From Cyanophora paradoxa CCMP329 (taxonomy: Eukaryota; Plantae; Glaucophyta), in contig QPMI01000398.1 in assembly GCA_004431415.1 (NCBI GenBank), positions 8,431 to 72,430 on the forward strand: DNA of 64,000 bases. Direction: 5' to 3'. Each line of letters opens with the position of its first letter. Positions within the stretch are counted from its first letter, which is position 1. Positions 48,670 through 61,400 of the stretch are shown one piece after another. Below the pieces are notes generated by a model. The model was not told where the DNA came from and did no database searches. It saw only the letters and a list, made by a program, of their open reading frames with translations. The position numbers were made by a program, and so were the translations under genes.

Positions 48670-51600
48670 TTATTCAATGAATTCGCACACACCGAGACAA
48701 TACGGCTAATGATAGAACTGAGGTGTCCGTAAAGTGTCAAGTCGAAAGATGAGCCTACTGGTTACGCCGGGTAGGGAACCTAACAGCCATCGGACAGGGT
48801 GGAGCTAGTCAAGGAGACGTAAACTAAAGCAAAGCTAACCCAGAGCAGAGAGCTACTACCTATACATCTAGCCTAGCTTAGGACTAGGCTACAGAGAGGA
48901 CTACCCAGGGGTCTACGAGTGCTGCCTGCTAGTGCTGCCTGCCTAGGGACCGTCGGGACGTCCGGAGCTCGCGGGCTGTTCTACTGTACGGTAGGAAAGC
49001 CAGGACGGACCCGCGGTCTAATCTGCCTACTCTCGACGCGGCCGCGACTACAGTTAGCGCGGCGGGCTCCGCGTCGAGGGGCCGCTCGCCCGAAGCGCGG
49101 GTGGAAGCACGTCGGCGTAGAGGGGCCGAGGGAATGAGGCGAGGGGGACGTTGCGGGGAAGAAGTGGGGCGGGACGGAGAAGGTCGGCGCCGGCCGTGGC
49201 GGGGAGGGGAGGGTCGGATTTCTCGGTCAGCAGGGCTTCCAGCCTCGAACCAGCCGCCGCACCCCCGCCGCGGGCAATTGCGAGCCCCCTCCGCGGCGGT
49301 CCTTCAACCCACGGTCCTGGCACGATGGCCGGGGTATCTGGTGGGTGCAACGACCAGCCGAAGCCTTCCGCCAAGCCTTCCGGTCCATCGTTCCCTCCCT
49401 GTCGAGGCGCGAGGAGCGTTGGCGAGGTCGTGAGTGGGAGGCAGGGCCAAGAGAGCGAGCAGGAGGGCAGAACGGAGAGGGAGGCAAGGCAGGCGCTCGC
49501 TTGGGCGGGGCCCAGCGAGTCGGACGGGGCGGCTATATCTAGTGTGTGCGAGGCTAAGAGTAGAGCAGGGAAGTTTCTCGAGGACTAGGTATGGTGAAGT
49601 AGTAGGTAGGTGGTGTCGAGAGTCTCCTCCCGACGTAGCCCCCCCCCCCCCCCCCCCCCTTTCGCGCGACTCGGGGTACCGTTTAGAGCGGGCTAGGATG
49701 TGGCTCCCAAGGGCGTACCTTGACGCAATCGTAGAGCTCTTGGGCGCGGAGCGCCGCCTTCCAGCCCGCGTACTCCGGTGGGCAGTCTGCGTTCCGAGCG
49801 GCGTTGAGTAGATTGTGAAGGCGAATCGGCCCGTCGCAGGCGGCGCAGACTTCCTTACAGGTCCGGGGGCCGCGGGCCCGCTCTCGGGCGCGGGCGCCCG
49901 TGCGGGGCGGGCGCGGTCGCTTCTTTGAGGCCTGGGAGACGCGGCAGTCGCGTTCCCACTCCGCGTTGATTTCGCAGCGACGTGACCAGAGGCGTCGGGC
50001 CCGCTCCAGAAGCGTCTGCCGAACGCGTTTAGCTGCGCGTGCCGCGTACCGGGGTGCAAGGTTCAGGCAGCGTGCGAGGGCGCTTTCTAGACTCTGCGGA
50101 GCAAGGCCCTGGAGCACCCAGAGGCGCGGGTACGCGTACGGCCTACCATCGTAGCTGCGCGCCTCGGCGTCGTCGTCCGCGACGCGGAGGAAGATTGGGA
50201 CCAGGTCGGGGGCAAGGAGGGCTCCTGCTGGCGGCGCTGTGAGTCCGTGGGCCTCTCTGTATGCGCAGAGCAGAAGTCGGTTCAGTTCGCGAGCAGTCTC
50301 CGCGCGGTGCGCGACCGCATGCGGACCCGGGCACAGGAAGACGTGCGGGAAAGTTTCAGTCGGGCCTGCGGTAAGAGCCGTCGGTGCCCGGTTCGGGCGG
50401 CTGGGGCCCGCTGCTGGTTGGGCATGCGAGGCCTCTGGTGCAGTCTGGCTGTTCTGTGAGGCTGTCGGGCCGCTAGTCTCTGCACGAGGGAAAGGCGTTC
50501 TGGTGGCGCAGCCCGCACAGCGTCCCCCAGGGTTGCAGGCGGCGTAGAGTTCCTTCTGGTCACGTACCCGGACTTCGTTCGCTGGTAGCGAGCTACAGAG
50601 CAGCTGCGTCCGAAACTTGAATAGCGCGTTGCGGGCTCCATTGGCGCCTTGGAATCGGGAGCCTACGCTCGTTTCCGCATATAGCCCTGCTATGTCTGCG
50701 CCGTCGGCGCCTCGGCGCAGGAGCGCGCCAGCCAGCGGTTGTTGGGTCCAGGCAAAGTGCGTCTGGTGCTCGTGAAGTGCGTCCATGTGTGCCTTGGGGT
50801 CCCCTTCCACCCGTCGTGTGCGCCCGTCGGGTCGCTGATGGTGAGCACCGCAGGCATGCTGAAGGCCGGCGGCAGAAAGAGAGGTTCATGCCGGTTTTCG
50901 TCCGCCAGATCCAGGTCGGCCGCCACGTTCGCTCCGGCGTCCGCGATGTCGTTGTGGGGGTCGCGGGCGTCGCCCTTCGCGTGCGCTTTGACTTTGACGA
51001 GTTTGAGCGGCCGCCCGCGCTCCTCTAGCATTGTCCTGAGCTTGCTCCATGCGTACAGTTCCGCGGAGCAGGCGTGCCGGATGTATTCCCGCGGGCTGCG
51101 GCAGCTCGCGTGCTGGACGAAATCGGAATACCAGCGGATCGCGTTCATGTTGTCGACGTGTAGAACCGCTCCGAAAGGCGAGAGCAGGTCAGCCATGAGC
51201 ACCGCCTGGAGTTCCGCCTTGTTGATCTCCTGCAGGCCCCGGAGCCGGGCAAAGAAGTCCGTGAGGATACCCGGCGGGTGCAGGCTTGCGCCAGTTCTGA
51301 GGTCCGTTTCCGGCCAGTGTACTGCGTAGCCCGCGCGAGCGTTAACCGTCTGGCCCTCTTTCAGGCTCCCGTCCGTCCAGGCGTACGCTGGGGCGTCGGC
51401 CACGTATGAGCCGCCGGACGCCGCCTCGGCCTCCAGGTGCTCTTTGCGGTAGCGGGCTTCGAGGCCCTTCCAGGTCTCCAGGTATGCAACCCAACTGTAC
51501 GGATCGGCCTGATAGTAATATAGCTCGCGCGCCTCCTTGTTGGAGCTGACCGGGGCGCTTCATCTTGCGGCAGGGGGGCAAGTCGGCGGGTTCGCCTCGA

Positions 51601-54600
51601 GCGTGGCGAGGTGAGCGGCGTCGGGCTCGGAGAGGAGGTGCCAGTTGACCCTCTCATCGCCCTCCTGCTTTGCCTGCAGCAGCATCCGCCATCGGTGCGC
51701 AGTGATGGTCGCGGCCGCCTGCCTGAAGGGCTTGAAGTATTCAAGACGGGCTTGGCGCAGGACCTGGCGACTGGCGCGCCCGAGCGCGTCTGTACCTGCC
51801 CCTCGCATTCGTCCACGGGGGCGCCCGACACTTCTACTAGCTCCACCGTGCCGGGGATCGTGCAGAGTGCGGACGCGTGCTCTACCCATCCTCCCACCGC
51901 CGTCCCGTACTTGCCCTCGTCATCGCAGGTGCTAGTCGCCCGGCAGGCCGCGCCGGCGCCTTGAGGGCAGACGTGGTTGTCGTGCCAGTGGCGGCGGCCC
52001 TCTCCGGTACGATATTAAAGCGGCGCGCAGCTGGGGCGGGCGGCCCTTCGCGGGGTCCGAGCTGACAGTGGCCATCGCAGCGGCAGTAGGCTCCGTTGGC
52101 CTCGTCGTCGGCCTCTTCTGGGACGGGGACCCAGTGCTCCAGCCGGCACTCCGTCGCTACTAGGCTGCCGGCCTCGCCTCAGCGGAGCGGACCCGGCCGA
52201 TTTCCGGTACCGCATCCGTCTCGTGAATCGTTGCGAGGTCGTAGTAGCAGACGAAGTCTCCCGGTTGGTGAATTAACTTCCTTGCCCCGCCCGGAAGCTG
52301 TACCATGGCCGAGGAAGGGTACCGGGCGGTTGCCGCATGGGGTATCGGAGGGCGCCCGAACCGCGCCCGTCGATCGTGAGGGCCTTGGCCACCGCCTTCC
52401 ACCAGGCGGGCGCTGCCCAAGGGAGCGTGCCGCGGGGGGCGCGGAGGTGCAGGTCTCGCCAGGTGCAGAGGCGTTCCCCATCGCGCGCCGTGACGTCGGA
52501 CATCCAGTAGAGCCGTGCGCGGTGGAGGGCGGGCGCAGCCGTGCTGAACACTTCCCGGGGAATGTGTGAGGTAAGCACGAATTCCCGGCGCAGTTCCGCG
52601 GGGTCGGGCCAAGTGGCTGCGGGGGGTACGGCGTGAACAAGAAGCGGGCGTGGTTGGACTGGATCCGGTAGAGCCGGCGCTGCAGGAGCGGCATCACTGC
52701 GGCGATCGCATTCGATCGAGCAAGCTGGCGTGACACTGGGCGTTCAGGAACTCGGTCGGCAGCAGCGGGACGCCTAGCTTGCGCTGGAGGTCCCGGATGC
52801 GGTGCATCATCACCTGAGATAGCAGCTCTTCCGGCTCGCCACAGAGGCGGACGAGCAGATCCGTGATTTGGTTCTTGGCCATCATGTGCGCTGTGCGCGG
52901 CAGGCTGTACGTGCCGTGGCTCCAGAGCGCGTAGTTGGAAGTCGATGCCGCCAGGCCCCCATGGTGCTTAACCACGCGCATCCAGATGGCATCTAGGCGA
53001 TCGCACTGCCTCTCTGTGAGCGGCGTCACTTTGAGCCCGTAGGCGATCCGCGCCTGCACGACGGCCTCGACAACGTAGCAGGCCTCTTGCGCGGTCAGCT
53101 GCTTACGAGCTATGACCGCCACCGTCTCGCGAGCCTGCGTTTCCATCTGTCTGATCTGCTCCTTCCACGACAGGTTCGCGGTCAGGTAGACGCCGAGCAG
53201 CTTGAAATGCTCGCCCGGTTTCAGCTTCTTGCCGACCGGGACGCGGGGATTGCCGAGCAGCGGGGGTTCAGGCTCGGGTGAGACGTTGTTGTACGCAAAC
53301 TCTGTTTTCCGCGCGTTGACGGCGATGTCGTGCAGGCGGAAGAATTCAGACGCCACGTCCGCGAGCATCTGGATCCCTTCGGCCGATCCGCTCATCCACT
53401 GCGTGTCGTCCGCGTAGGCGCTCCCGGTCACCCGTGCGGGGGCGAAGTCCGCGTCGTCTTCGCCCATGCCCATGACGTACGCGACCCCCGCGCCCCCCTT
53501 TTCCTGCTCGAGCCTGTCCAATTCTTGTTGAGCGCAGAGCAAGGCATCGTAGAAGATGAGCCAGTGGAGCGGGGATTCGATGCCGCCCTGCGGGAGCCCA
53601 CATTCGAGTTCAAACACGTCTGACAGTCCGTGGCCCGTGATAGCTCGCGCCCGGCGTCGTTCGAATATGTTGCGGTGCAGGTCGATGTACGTCTCGGGGG
53701 CCCCGATGCGTCGGAGGGAGAGCTCCATGCTGGCCCAGGAAACTGAATCGTACGCCCGTCTGATATCCTGTAGCAAGAGGTAGATGGGCTTGCGGTGCTC
53801 CTTAGCGTCCTCTAGAATAGCGACCATTAGGTGAAGGGCATCATCGGTCGCCTTAGCCTTCCTGAAGCCATAATTTACCCCCTTAAGGATTCCGTGCTTC
53901 TCGATGGCCTCGGCTAGCCGTTTCGTGACGAGGCCCGTCGTTAGCTTGAGGCCAACTTCCTGCAGCGTGATCGGGCGGAGGTTCCCTTCAATGTCTCCGT
54001 CCCAGCTCCCGTTCTTGGGGATCCCGAAGATATTGCTCTCACACATCTCGGCGGGCAGGTCGCGCAGGCGGAGGGCCTCGCAGACGATGGCCATCAGGAG
54101 CCGACGACCGCGGGGGGGGTACGCCTCTGGATCCATGGCGTCCGGCAGGTCGGGGTTCCAGAGCGTCTTCAGGATCGCGTTCGTGCAGTTGGAGGGCCCT
54201 CCCGCTCCATCCGTGAGCGAGCGCACGTGTGCCCCTAGCTCTTCGTACGTAGGCTCAGCCATGACTCCCGCGAAGGCTTCCGCGGTCGCCACGTGCGTCC
54301 CGAGGGGCGGTAGAGCGCGCGCCAGAAGTCGGGGGCAGGAAGGCTAGCTGGGAGTCGGGTATTAAGTCCGCTGTGCACCCTACCAGGGGGTTTCTCTTCG
54401 CACACCACTGACGCCAGTGCTCCGCCATCACTGCCTTCACCTCCTCGGGGGCCGTGTAAATTTCATAGAAGTTGCCTTCGCGCGCGAGGCGGGTGACGTG
54501 CATGATCGGCTCCCCCTGGACCGCTCCAGAATGGAGTCTAGATAGCTGCGCAGCTTGCGCGGGTCTGCAAACCGGGCCTGGCGCGCAGTAACGAATTCCT

Positions 54601-57600
54601 GGATCTGTCGCTGCTTCTCTGCGCGCGTCTCGTGTTGGTGGCGCCGGGGACGCGGTTGCGCCATGCGTTCAGCGACCGGAAGTACAGCCGCCACGCTACG
54701 TAGCGCCCGGGAACGGCGCCTCGTCGTCAGCGTCGCGTACGGGGCGGCGGGGCATGGGTTCGGGTCCGGGACGAGCCCTTTGATGAGAGCCTCCAGTTTC
54801 TCGATCCGGGCGACCAGCGGGGCCGACGGCAAGCCTCCGGGCGCTTCAACAGTCCATCCAGCGATCAGGCGCTCCACTTTCTTGGACATGACCAGCTGCC
54901 ACGGCACCGCTCTGCGAGTGGGCGGGCGCGATCCGCGGGCTTTCAAGCATTTGTGTTCCTTAGCGAGTGTCAGCACCGCCTCCGTGGCCTGTCGGTAGAG
55001 AGAGCTGACCCGGTCCCTGCGCTCTTGTTCCGTGCCCGCCGCGCTTAGCGCTTTCTCAAGATCGCTTTCCAGGGCTTGCAGACGGTCTTCTACAGCCTTT
55101 CGGAAGGCCGGCAGCTTCTCCTTCTCAAGTAGGTGCGGTGCGAAGAGCGGCGGCGGGTGCGCCGGGCGGGCATCGCCCGCGGGCGGTCTGGCGAGTTCGG
55201 CTTTGAGCAGATCGTAGTCGGCCATGACCGGGAAGTGGTCAGAGGGGTGCGGTAGCGCCACCTCTGGCGGCAGCGGGTGCACCGCCAGGAGCGCTGGCGC
55301 GAGACCTGCAGAGTGCAACACCGCATCGATACGTCCTGCCGAGATGACCGCGGCGCCTTCGGCGACGGCGGGCCCGTCCATTTGCTGGTCCTGTTCCGAG
55401 TCCGAGTCGTCGGCGCCGTCGTCCCCGCCATCCTCTTCGGCGCCGTGCTGGCTCGGGCCGCGCCTGATGAAGGTAACTTCGTGTTCGTGGCCTTTCTGTG
55501 TCGCCGCGTCAACTAGTGCCCAGGTGCCGGTCAGTTTTCCCCACCACTCGCGTTCCGGCGTCCAGGACTGGACGAACCGTCCCGCGCGGATGCGGGACGT
55601 GGCCGGCGTCTTCACGGAGTTCCAGTCGCCGAGAAGGATGAGGTGCGCGGTCGAGCGCGATCGGAAGTCCGCGTAGATGCGCTCGATGCATTCGAGGAGC
55701 GCCGCCTGATCGGTCTTGTGCTCAGGCTTCCGCTGGGTGGCCGGCATGTATACGCTCACTACGAAGAGCTGGCGGTTTCCCTTAAAGCGCATTTCACAGC
55801 CGGCAAGCCGGCCCGGGTAGTGATAGTGGCGCGCGATGTGCCGCGCCCAGGGCGCCGCCACCCATAGCGCCGCTCCGTTTCCTTTCGGTTTTGTTTTCTT
55901 AATTGAGTGGATTAGGCGACCCCGCGTGATCGAGCTCTTGGGGGCTCGCCGGGCTCCGCTGCCGGGGTGAAGAGCGCCGAGTGCAGTTCGGCGCGCGTGA
56001 CTGAGAGCTCTTGGAGAGCCATCACGTCGACCCCCATTTCACGGCGAAGTCTTCGGCCTGCTGAAGCCGGCCTCGGACGTGCCCCGCACGTTAAAGGTCA
56101 TCATCCTGAGATTCCCCTCCGGCTTGTGGCGCATGAGCGATGGGGCGGGCCTATGAGGGGCTCCCTGAGGCGTAATGGGTGGTTGGGAAAAGGTCGCCAA
56201 ACGAGATATGCCCCGGAGCGTTAGTGTTGACGTCTACAGCGGCAGACACGTTAGGGGGTCGGACAGCGTCTAGGGTTGGAGGATGTCTGTGCTCGGCGGG
56301 ACGCGCGCAGCGGTCCGACTGATCAGCTAGTTGGTCACATCTGGCTGCCCAGAGATGCGCGTGCACGTGGTTCCAGGCGTGCGTGTGCCTAGCCGCCCCG
56401 GACCCGTCGCCTGTGCGCCGCATCGTCCAAGTCTCAAAAGTCTGCGGTCGGGAAGCCGTCAAATTACAGCTGACACGTACAGTAGCGGCCTCGCAGGAAA
56501 GGGGCGCTAAATGCGCGTCTGGGCGGGAAATGGGCGATGCGGCTTGCCCAGCCTCAGCGACTTGGCGCTTGGGGAGGAGGAGGAGGCGGGTCTGAGAGCG
56601 GGTCGGTAGAGAGCGGGTCGGCAGCGGGTGTATGGCGAGGCGTGGCCAGGGAGGCCAGACGTAGCTCGGCAAGGAGATTGATTCAAGAGGGCGGTCCAGG
56701 GTGTGCGTGAGACGCGGTAACTGCTTGCAGTTACATCACCCAGGGACTCCCGGGCGATGTTGCCGCGTTGGCGGGGCGGTTTGGAGAGAGTGGCCGGCAT
56801 ACCTACGCAGACATCGCGGCGGACGCTACCTAGGCTGTCGCGGCCTCTACTCTCGCACTGGTGATCGCGCACGCAGCGCTACGCTGCGAGCTAGGCGGGT
56901 TGGCAGGCGCCTTCCTGTTTTTTTCCCACGGGGGGTATCCTCGTTGTCGTACCCCGGGTCCCAACTTGCCGACCGGCGACCGGCCGCGGTGACTGCGTCG
57001 GCTGGCCCTCGCGGCGGCAGACGGCCTTGCCAGATAATTGCAACTCCTGGCAGCACGGCGGCTTGGTGCGTCGGTTCTGGGCTTCGCCGCGCAGCCGGAC
57101 TCCCTGACTCTGCGAACAGGCCGAGCAGCGGTGCTGTTGCCGCAGCGAACGCGGCCAATTTGAGAGAGAACGATGCTTGAAGCCACCTCTTGCGCCTTGA
57201 GGCTCTCGCCCGGCTCGTGCTGGGTCTGATTTCAAACGCAGACTGTCGCTGCCCCTGCTGCTGGGTTCGGCCGCGGCCGCGAACGCTCTCGAACGCGTCG
57301 TTTTCGACCTCCTTCCGCCCTTAATCTCTACTCGTTGCCCGGCCGCCGCCGATCAGCTTATGTTGCTTTGACAGGCCCGCGCAGAAAGGCGAGGCCCCTG
57401 CCGATGCGAAGCAAGGTGTTTCTGGTTTCCTTCTGTTTCCTTCGATCGCTCATCCCGCTTGCATGTCAGGGAACACGCACGACCGAGCCCCGCGAGCACG
57501 GCCAAGTGGCGGCCGCGACTTGCTCGCTGGCACTCTTGGCGGCCGGGCGGGAAGCGGTCCCGCTGGTCAAGAAACCTCGCGGACGATGCTAACGCACGAG

Positions 57601-57750
57601 CCTCGCTAACACGGCGCGCTTCGCCCGGTTCCGGGTCCTGTCTCTTCCAACACTCGCAGCTCGCCTGGCTCCTTCTCGCGCAGGCTAGGTGCTCGTTCTT
57701 GTTTCCGCTACTCTCGCCTTGATCTATCCTCCCGCATAATTTCAAAACCT
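48670..57750 (-). mobile_element. Non-LTR retrotransposon (LINE) with APE, RT, RNase H and zf-RVT-like domains; 5' boundary approximate
   Basis: Domain motifs listed in the ORF feature; ~1-kb 3' UTR ending ...GAATTCATTGAATAA at the junction with the host TIR gene. Confidence 0.92.
49683..56104 (-). CDS. LINE polyprotein, broken into several frames
   Basis: APE: MTFNVRG, VYMP, LLGDWN, GRIDAV, SDH. RT: RPITL, QDIRRAYDSV, GLPQGGIESP, YADD. RNase H: WTDGS, NKAELQA, HVDN, KVKAH, NDIAD. Cys-rich CAGC...ETFPHVFLC. Confidence 0.88.
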
Positions 57751-57880
57751 TTCTTAGAACGTAGAACCGTTCTATAGAACGTTCTATGGTTTTTGTTTGT
57801 TTTGAACTTTTAGAATGGTTTTGAACGTAGAGCGTGGAAGCTTAGATCCGTCGTAGAACGTGTAGAACGTTCTACGGTTC
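57750..57880. promoter_or_regulatory. Cluster of TAGAAC/GTTCTA (HSE-like GAAcgTTC) motifs upstream of LINE
   Basis: Palindromic tagaacgttcta at ~57775 and ~57863 plus several half sites in an AT-rich patch. Confidence 0.35.
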
Positions 57881-58030
57881 TCCGCCGAACACGCCTACGG
57901 CCTGGCGGCGTTCTAGCTCCCTTCGCGCTCGCAAGCGGCCGCCGGGGCGCCTGCCAACGCTTGCCAACTCTAGCAGTACTGGCTCGCTAGCCACGGGGGC
58001 CAGATCCGCAGCTCGCGGCATCTGCGGACG

Positions 58031-58595
58031 CTAGCAGCGTGCAGCGGCATCGTTAGCAGCTCGTTTGGCGTTAGGATACTCGTGGCCCTTCGGAAGTGCG
58101 CCGACAGCGCCGTTGTGGTTGCCGTGCTTCGCATCGAACTGATTCACCACGCGGTGCCACATCTCCAGGCCCTCCCGCGAGCCGATGATCGGAGTGAAGG
58201 CGACGATCTCCGATCGCGACGGCTGGTAGCGGTCAACGCCGGATCTGCGAGAGGATCTCGCTGGTGTAGTCCATCGGCGGCAGCCGCTCCGTGCACACGT
58301 CGTCGCCCATCAGGCGCTTGAGGAGGTCCTGCCACACGCTCGTCGAGTGTGCGCCGAGTATGTGCCAGTAGCGGGAGATCTGCGCGGTGGTGCAGGTGAG
58401 AACGCTGGCGCGCGGCCCCCGCCCCGCGCGTAGGCCGGCCGCTCATCGCCCGACCCGGGAAGCTTAAGCGATCCGCCACGCCGTGAGCGCCTCCTTCGAG
58501 AGAAGATCCATCGCGCGGACGTCGTGCTTGGTGAGGAACGGGTTCTCCAGCTGCCGCTCGTAGATGCGCAACTGATTCAGAATCCGCCACAGGCC
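58031..58595 (-). pseudogene. 3' fragment of an unidentified spliced gene interrupted by a retroelement tail
   Basis: LWRILNQLRIYERQLENPFLTKHDVRAMDLL... and ISRYWHILG...WQDLLKRLMGDD exons; abuts the element at GGCC 58592-58595. Confidence 0.35.
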
Positions 58596-61016
58596 AAACG
58601 TATGAATTCGCACACACCGAGACAAATGGCTAGGGATATACCGTAAGACAGAATATTGATTCGCGCATATATTAATTAGTTCGGTACCAATTAGTGCGTT
58701 TTTGCCGTGAAAACGCACTAATTGAGACCGCACTAATTATACAAACGCTAAGAAAATGCTGTAGGGGTACAGTGTGTACCCCCGCCCCATACACTGGAAA
58801 CGAATAATTAATATTATACACGCATGCACTAATTGAGACCGAACTAATTACGTATACTATGTCGGGGCCGGGTCTAAAATTAAAACGAACTAATATCGGG
58901 CGGTTAGTTGAATTTTGTTTTTGGACGTACCCCCCCGGCGAGCGACGCAGCGAGCCAGCGCCAGCGCCGCGATTACGGCGCACCAGGAGCGGCGCCTCCG
59001 AAAGGGCCCCGCTGGAACCCCTGAAGCGCGCTGGAAAGCGGCCGGACGCCCCGGCTTCGAACTCGCCACCCAGCGCTCTCCCGCAGCGACAGCTTGGCAG
59101 AGCGGCAGGTCTACTCGACCAGAGAACATCGCACGCTCGACCCCGACGACCCCGGCAACGCGCCGCGGGCGCCCGACGCCGCGCGTGTCCTCGCCACGCC
59201 TCCCGCCCCGAGCCCCTCGAAGCACATTCGACATCTAACACGATCCTTTTCGAGCTCAGGAACGTGATAACCCGCGCCGGCGGAGCGACTGACCCACATC
59301 GCCAGCTTGCAGCTGCATGCGCAGCCGCTGAGCTGCCAAGGCGCATCCACAGCGCAAGCTGAGGCGCCTGCCGACATCGAACACGCGCACACGCCAGCAC
59401 GCGCAGCTGCTTCATCTCGATCTGCTCATGAGGCCCGCGCGCGCCCACTCACTCCGACCCACTCTCTCATCCCGCGCGCGCGCGGCGCCTCGCCTCCGCC
59501 CCGTCCGCCCGCCCAGCGGCCGGGCCATCCACGTCGCCTTCACCTCACACCGCGTGCGCACGGCCCGGCCGCCGCCACGCAGCGCCATGGAAGGCGCGCG
59601 GCCGGAACCTGCGGCCGGCCGCCGCCGCCGAGCGCCACCACGTCGACCCTCGAGCTCTCGATCTGACCTGACGGCTGGCCTGTGGCGCCCCACTGCTCGC
59701 GCGCCACGTCCTACGGTCCCCTGCAGTCGGATCCCAGCCCTTGCGTCCCTTGCCCCTCGCCCGCGCTAGCCAGGAACTGATCCCCCCGCCTTTTTGCCCA
59801 GGGTCTCGCCCTTGGACTCGTCCTCGGTGAAGCGGGTGCCCCTCCCGCCCAGCGCCTGCCGCCGACGTCACGCCAGGCCGTCGCCGGCCTCCCGCCCCCC
59901 TTAAGGACCCTTGCGCCATCATAGGCATAGACGCCCCGCCAAGTCGCGCCTGTATATGGCACCACGGCCCGGAAGCCTCACATCACCGGCTGCATGCCCG
60001 GACCGACGCGCCTTTTCCCCTCACAGGCTGGATCAGCGTCGTCGGCCGGTGCCCCCGCCTGTCCCCCGGGCCTGGCAACCCCGGGGGCGAGATCAAGCAC
60101 AATAGAGACTGCCTCCAGCGGGCGTGGCGCCCCCGTCTGGCTCGCGCGACAGCCCCTGGTCTATATTTCGGGCTATGCATGCTGAGCTCGATCTTCCCCG
60201 CCTGGCTCCCCGAGCTGCCCCCCCCCAGGCCTTTTCCTTTTCCCGTCGACGTCGAGCCCGATGCCCTTGGCTGCCTCTCTGCCCCGTGCACTCGCTCTCT
60301 CCCTGCCCTCCCCCGGACCGCCCCGGCCGGCGCCAGCCCTCTGGCCCTCTCTCCCATGGCCACGTGCACCTCGGCCCGCCCTCTTCGGCCTCGCCTCCCT
60401 CGTCGGCCCGCCCCGCCCCGACGCTCCCCAGGAGCACCTTGACCGCCCTCGCCCCCTCTTCCCGGATCCCAGCCTCCCCCCCCCCGGCCTCGGCCCTTAG
60501 TTACCCCAGAAGCACTTCTGTCGGCGCTTAGCGCCCTACCCCATCAGGCCCCCGACCATCCCTCGAGCGGTGGGGGGGCCCCCTGTTGTTACCAATACGC
60601 ATTCCGTGGGGCCGCAGGCCTCACCCATACTGGAAAAAAACTAATATCGGGCGAATTAATATTGTGTTTTACGGTAACTGAGGTGTCCATCTCTGTCAAG
60701 TCGAGAGATGAGCCTACGGGACTAAGCCTTTCGGACATCGGACGTCGACCGGGCGGAGCTCGGATGTGGAAATAACTGGAGAGGCTACCCCGGGGCTAGG
60801 TCTAGCGCTGCAGTACAGGGGAGATCCTACGCAAGGAGGGAATGACTACCCAAGGACGATCGCGAGCAAGGTCTAAAAAACAAGTGGACGGCTAGACGAC
60901 TGCAGCTGTGACTATACCTAGCAAGCTATGGCCTCCGGGAAGGCGCACGGTAACCTAAGCCAATCTGTACACGCTAAAGTACGGCCCGCCGTGTCGTCGG
61001 CACAGCAGGCTCGGGG
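58596..61016 (-). mobile_element. 3' tail of a second retroelement related to the LINE (5'-truncated LINE or SINE), interrupted by a DNA transposon
   Basis: 24-bp identity atgaattcgcacacaccgagacaa (58602-58625 vs 48677-48700); similarity resumes at 60676 (aactgaggtgtcc...tgtcaagtcga.agatgagcctac vs 48716-48758). Confidence 0.75.
58641..60674. mobile_element. Non-autonomous Tc1/mariner-pogo-type DNA transposon (~2.03 kb)
   Basis: Imperfect TIRs CCGTAAGACAGAATATTGATTCGC / CCGTAAAACACAATATTAATTCGC, flanked by TA at 58639-58640 and 60675-60676. Excision restores the retroelement tail. No transposase motif seen. Confidence 0.85.
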
Positions 61017-61400
61017 TTTTTTTTTTGAAAAGCGGTAATCTAATTCAGAGCACAGTCCACAGAGCATGATCTAGTCTAAGTAACTATACTACGAGAGAGG
61101 TGTAGTGTAGTAGCTAAAGCTAGCTAGCTTGGTGGAGGTGTTGAATGTAGAAGGTCCCCCGTGGTTGTTACGCCCTCCACTGCCGACCGCCTGCCGGATT
61201 CCTAGGGCGTGAAGCCGGACCTGGTTCTGCATCTCGCAGGGTCCTCCTCCTAGCAGGGGCCTTACTCCTCGGTGGAGGTGTAGGGCCTCCTTTTGTGGCA
61301 TCCCAAGGGCTGTCCACTAAGGATTGGTCTTGGCCGTGGTTGGGGGCGCACGTAGCTCGTCTCCGACACTGGGTGCACTGAGCATATAGCGCAGACGTCG
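61017..61400 (-). mobile_element. Possible poly(A)-tailed retroposon 3' end
   Basis: T10 run at 61017-61026 followed by UTR-like sequence; no domain evidence. Confidence 0.25.

Noticed and set aside
48534-48740. LINE-TIR fusion ORF
   Set aside because: This ORF is out of frame with the PGYG/TIR frame, which has a TAA at the junction.
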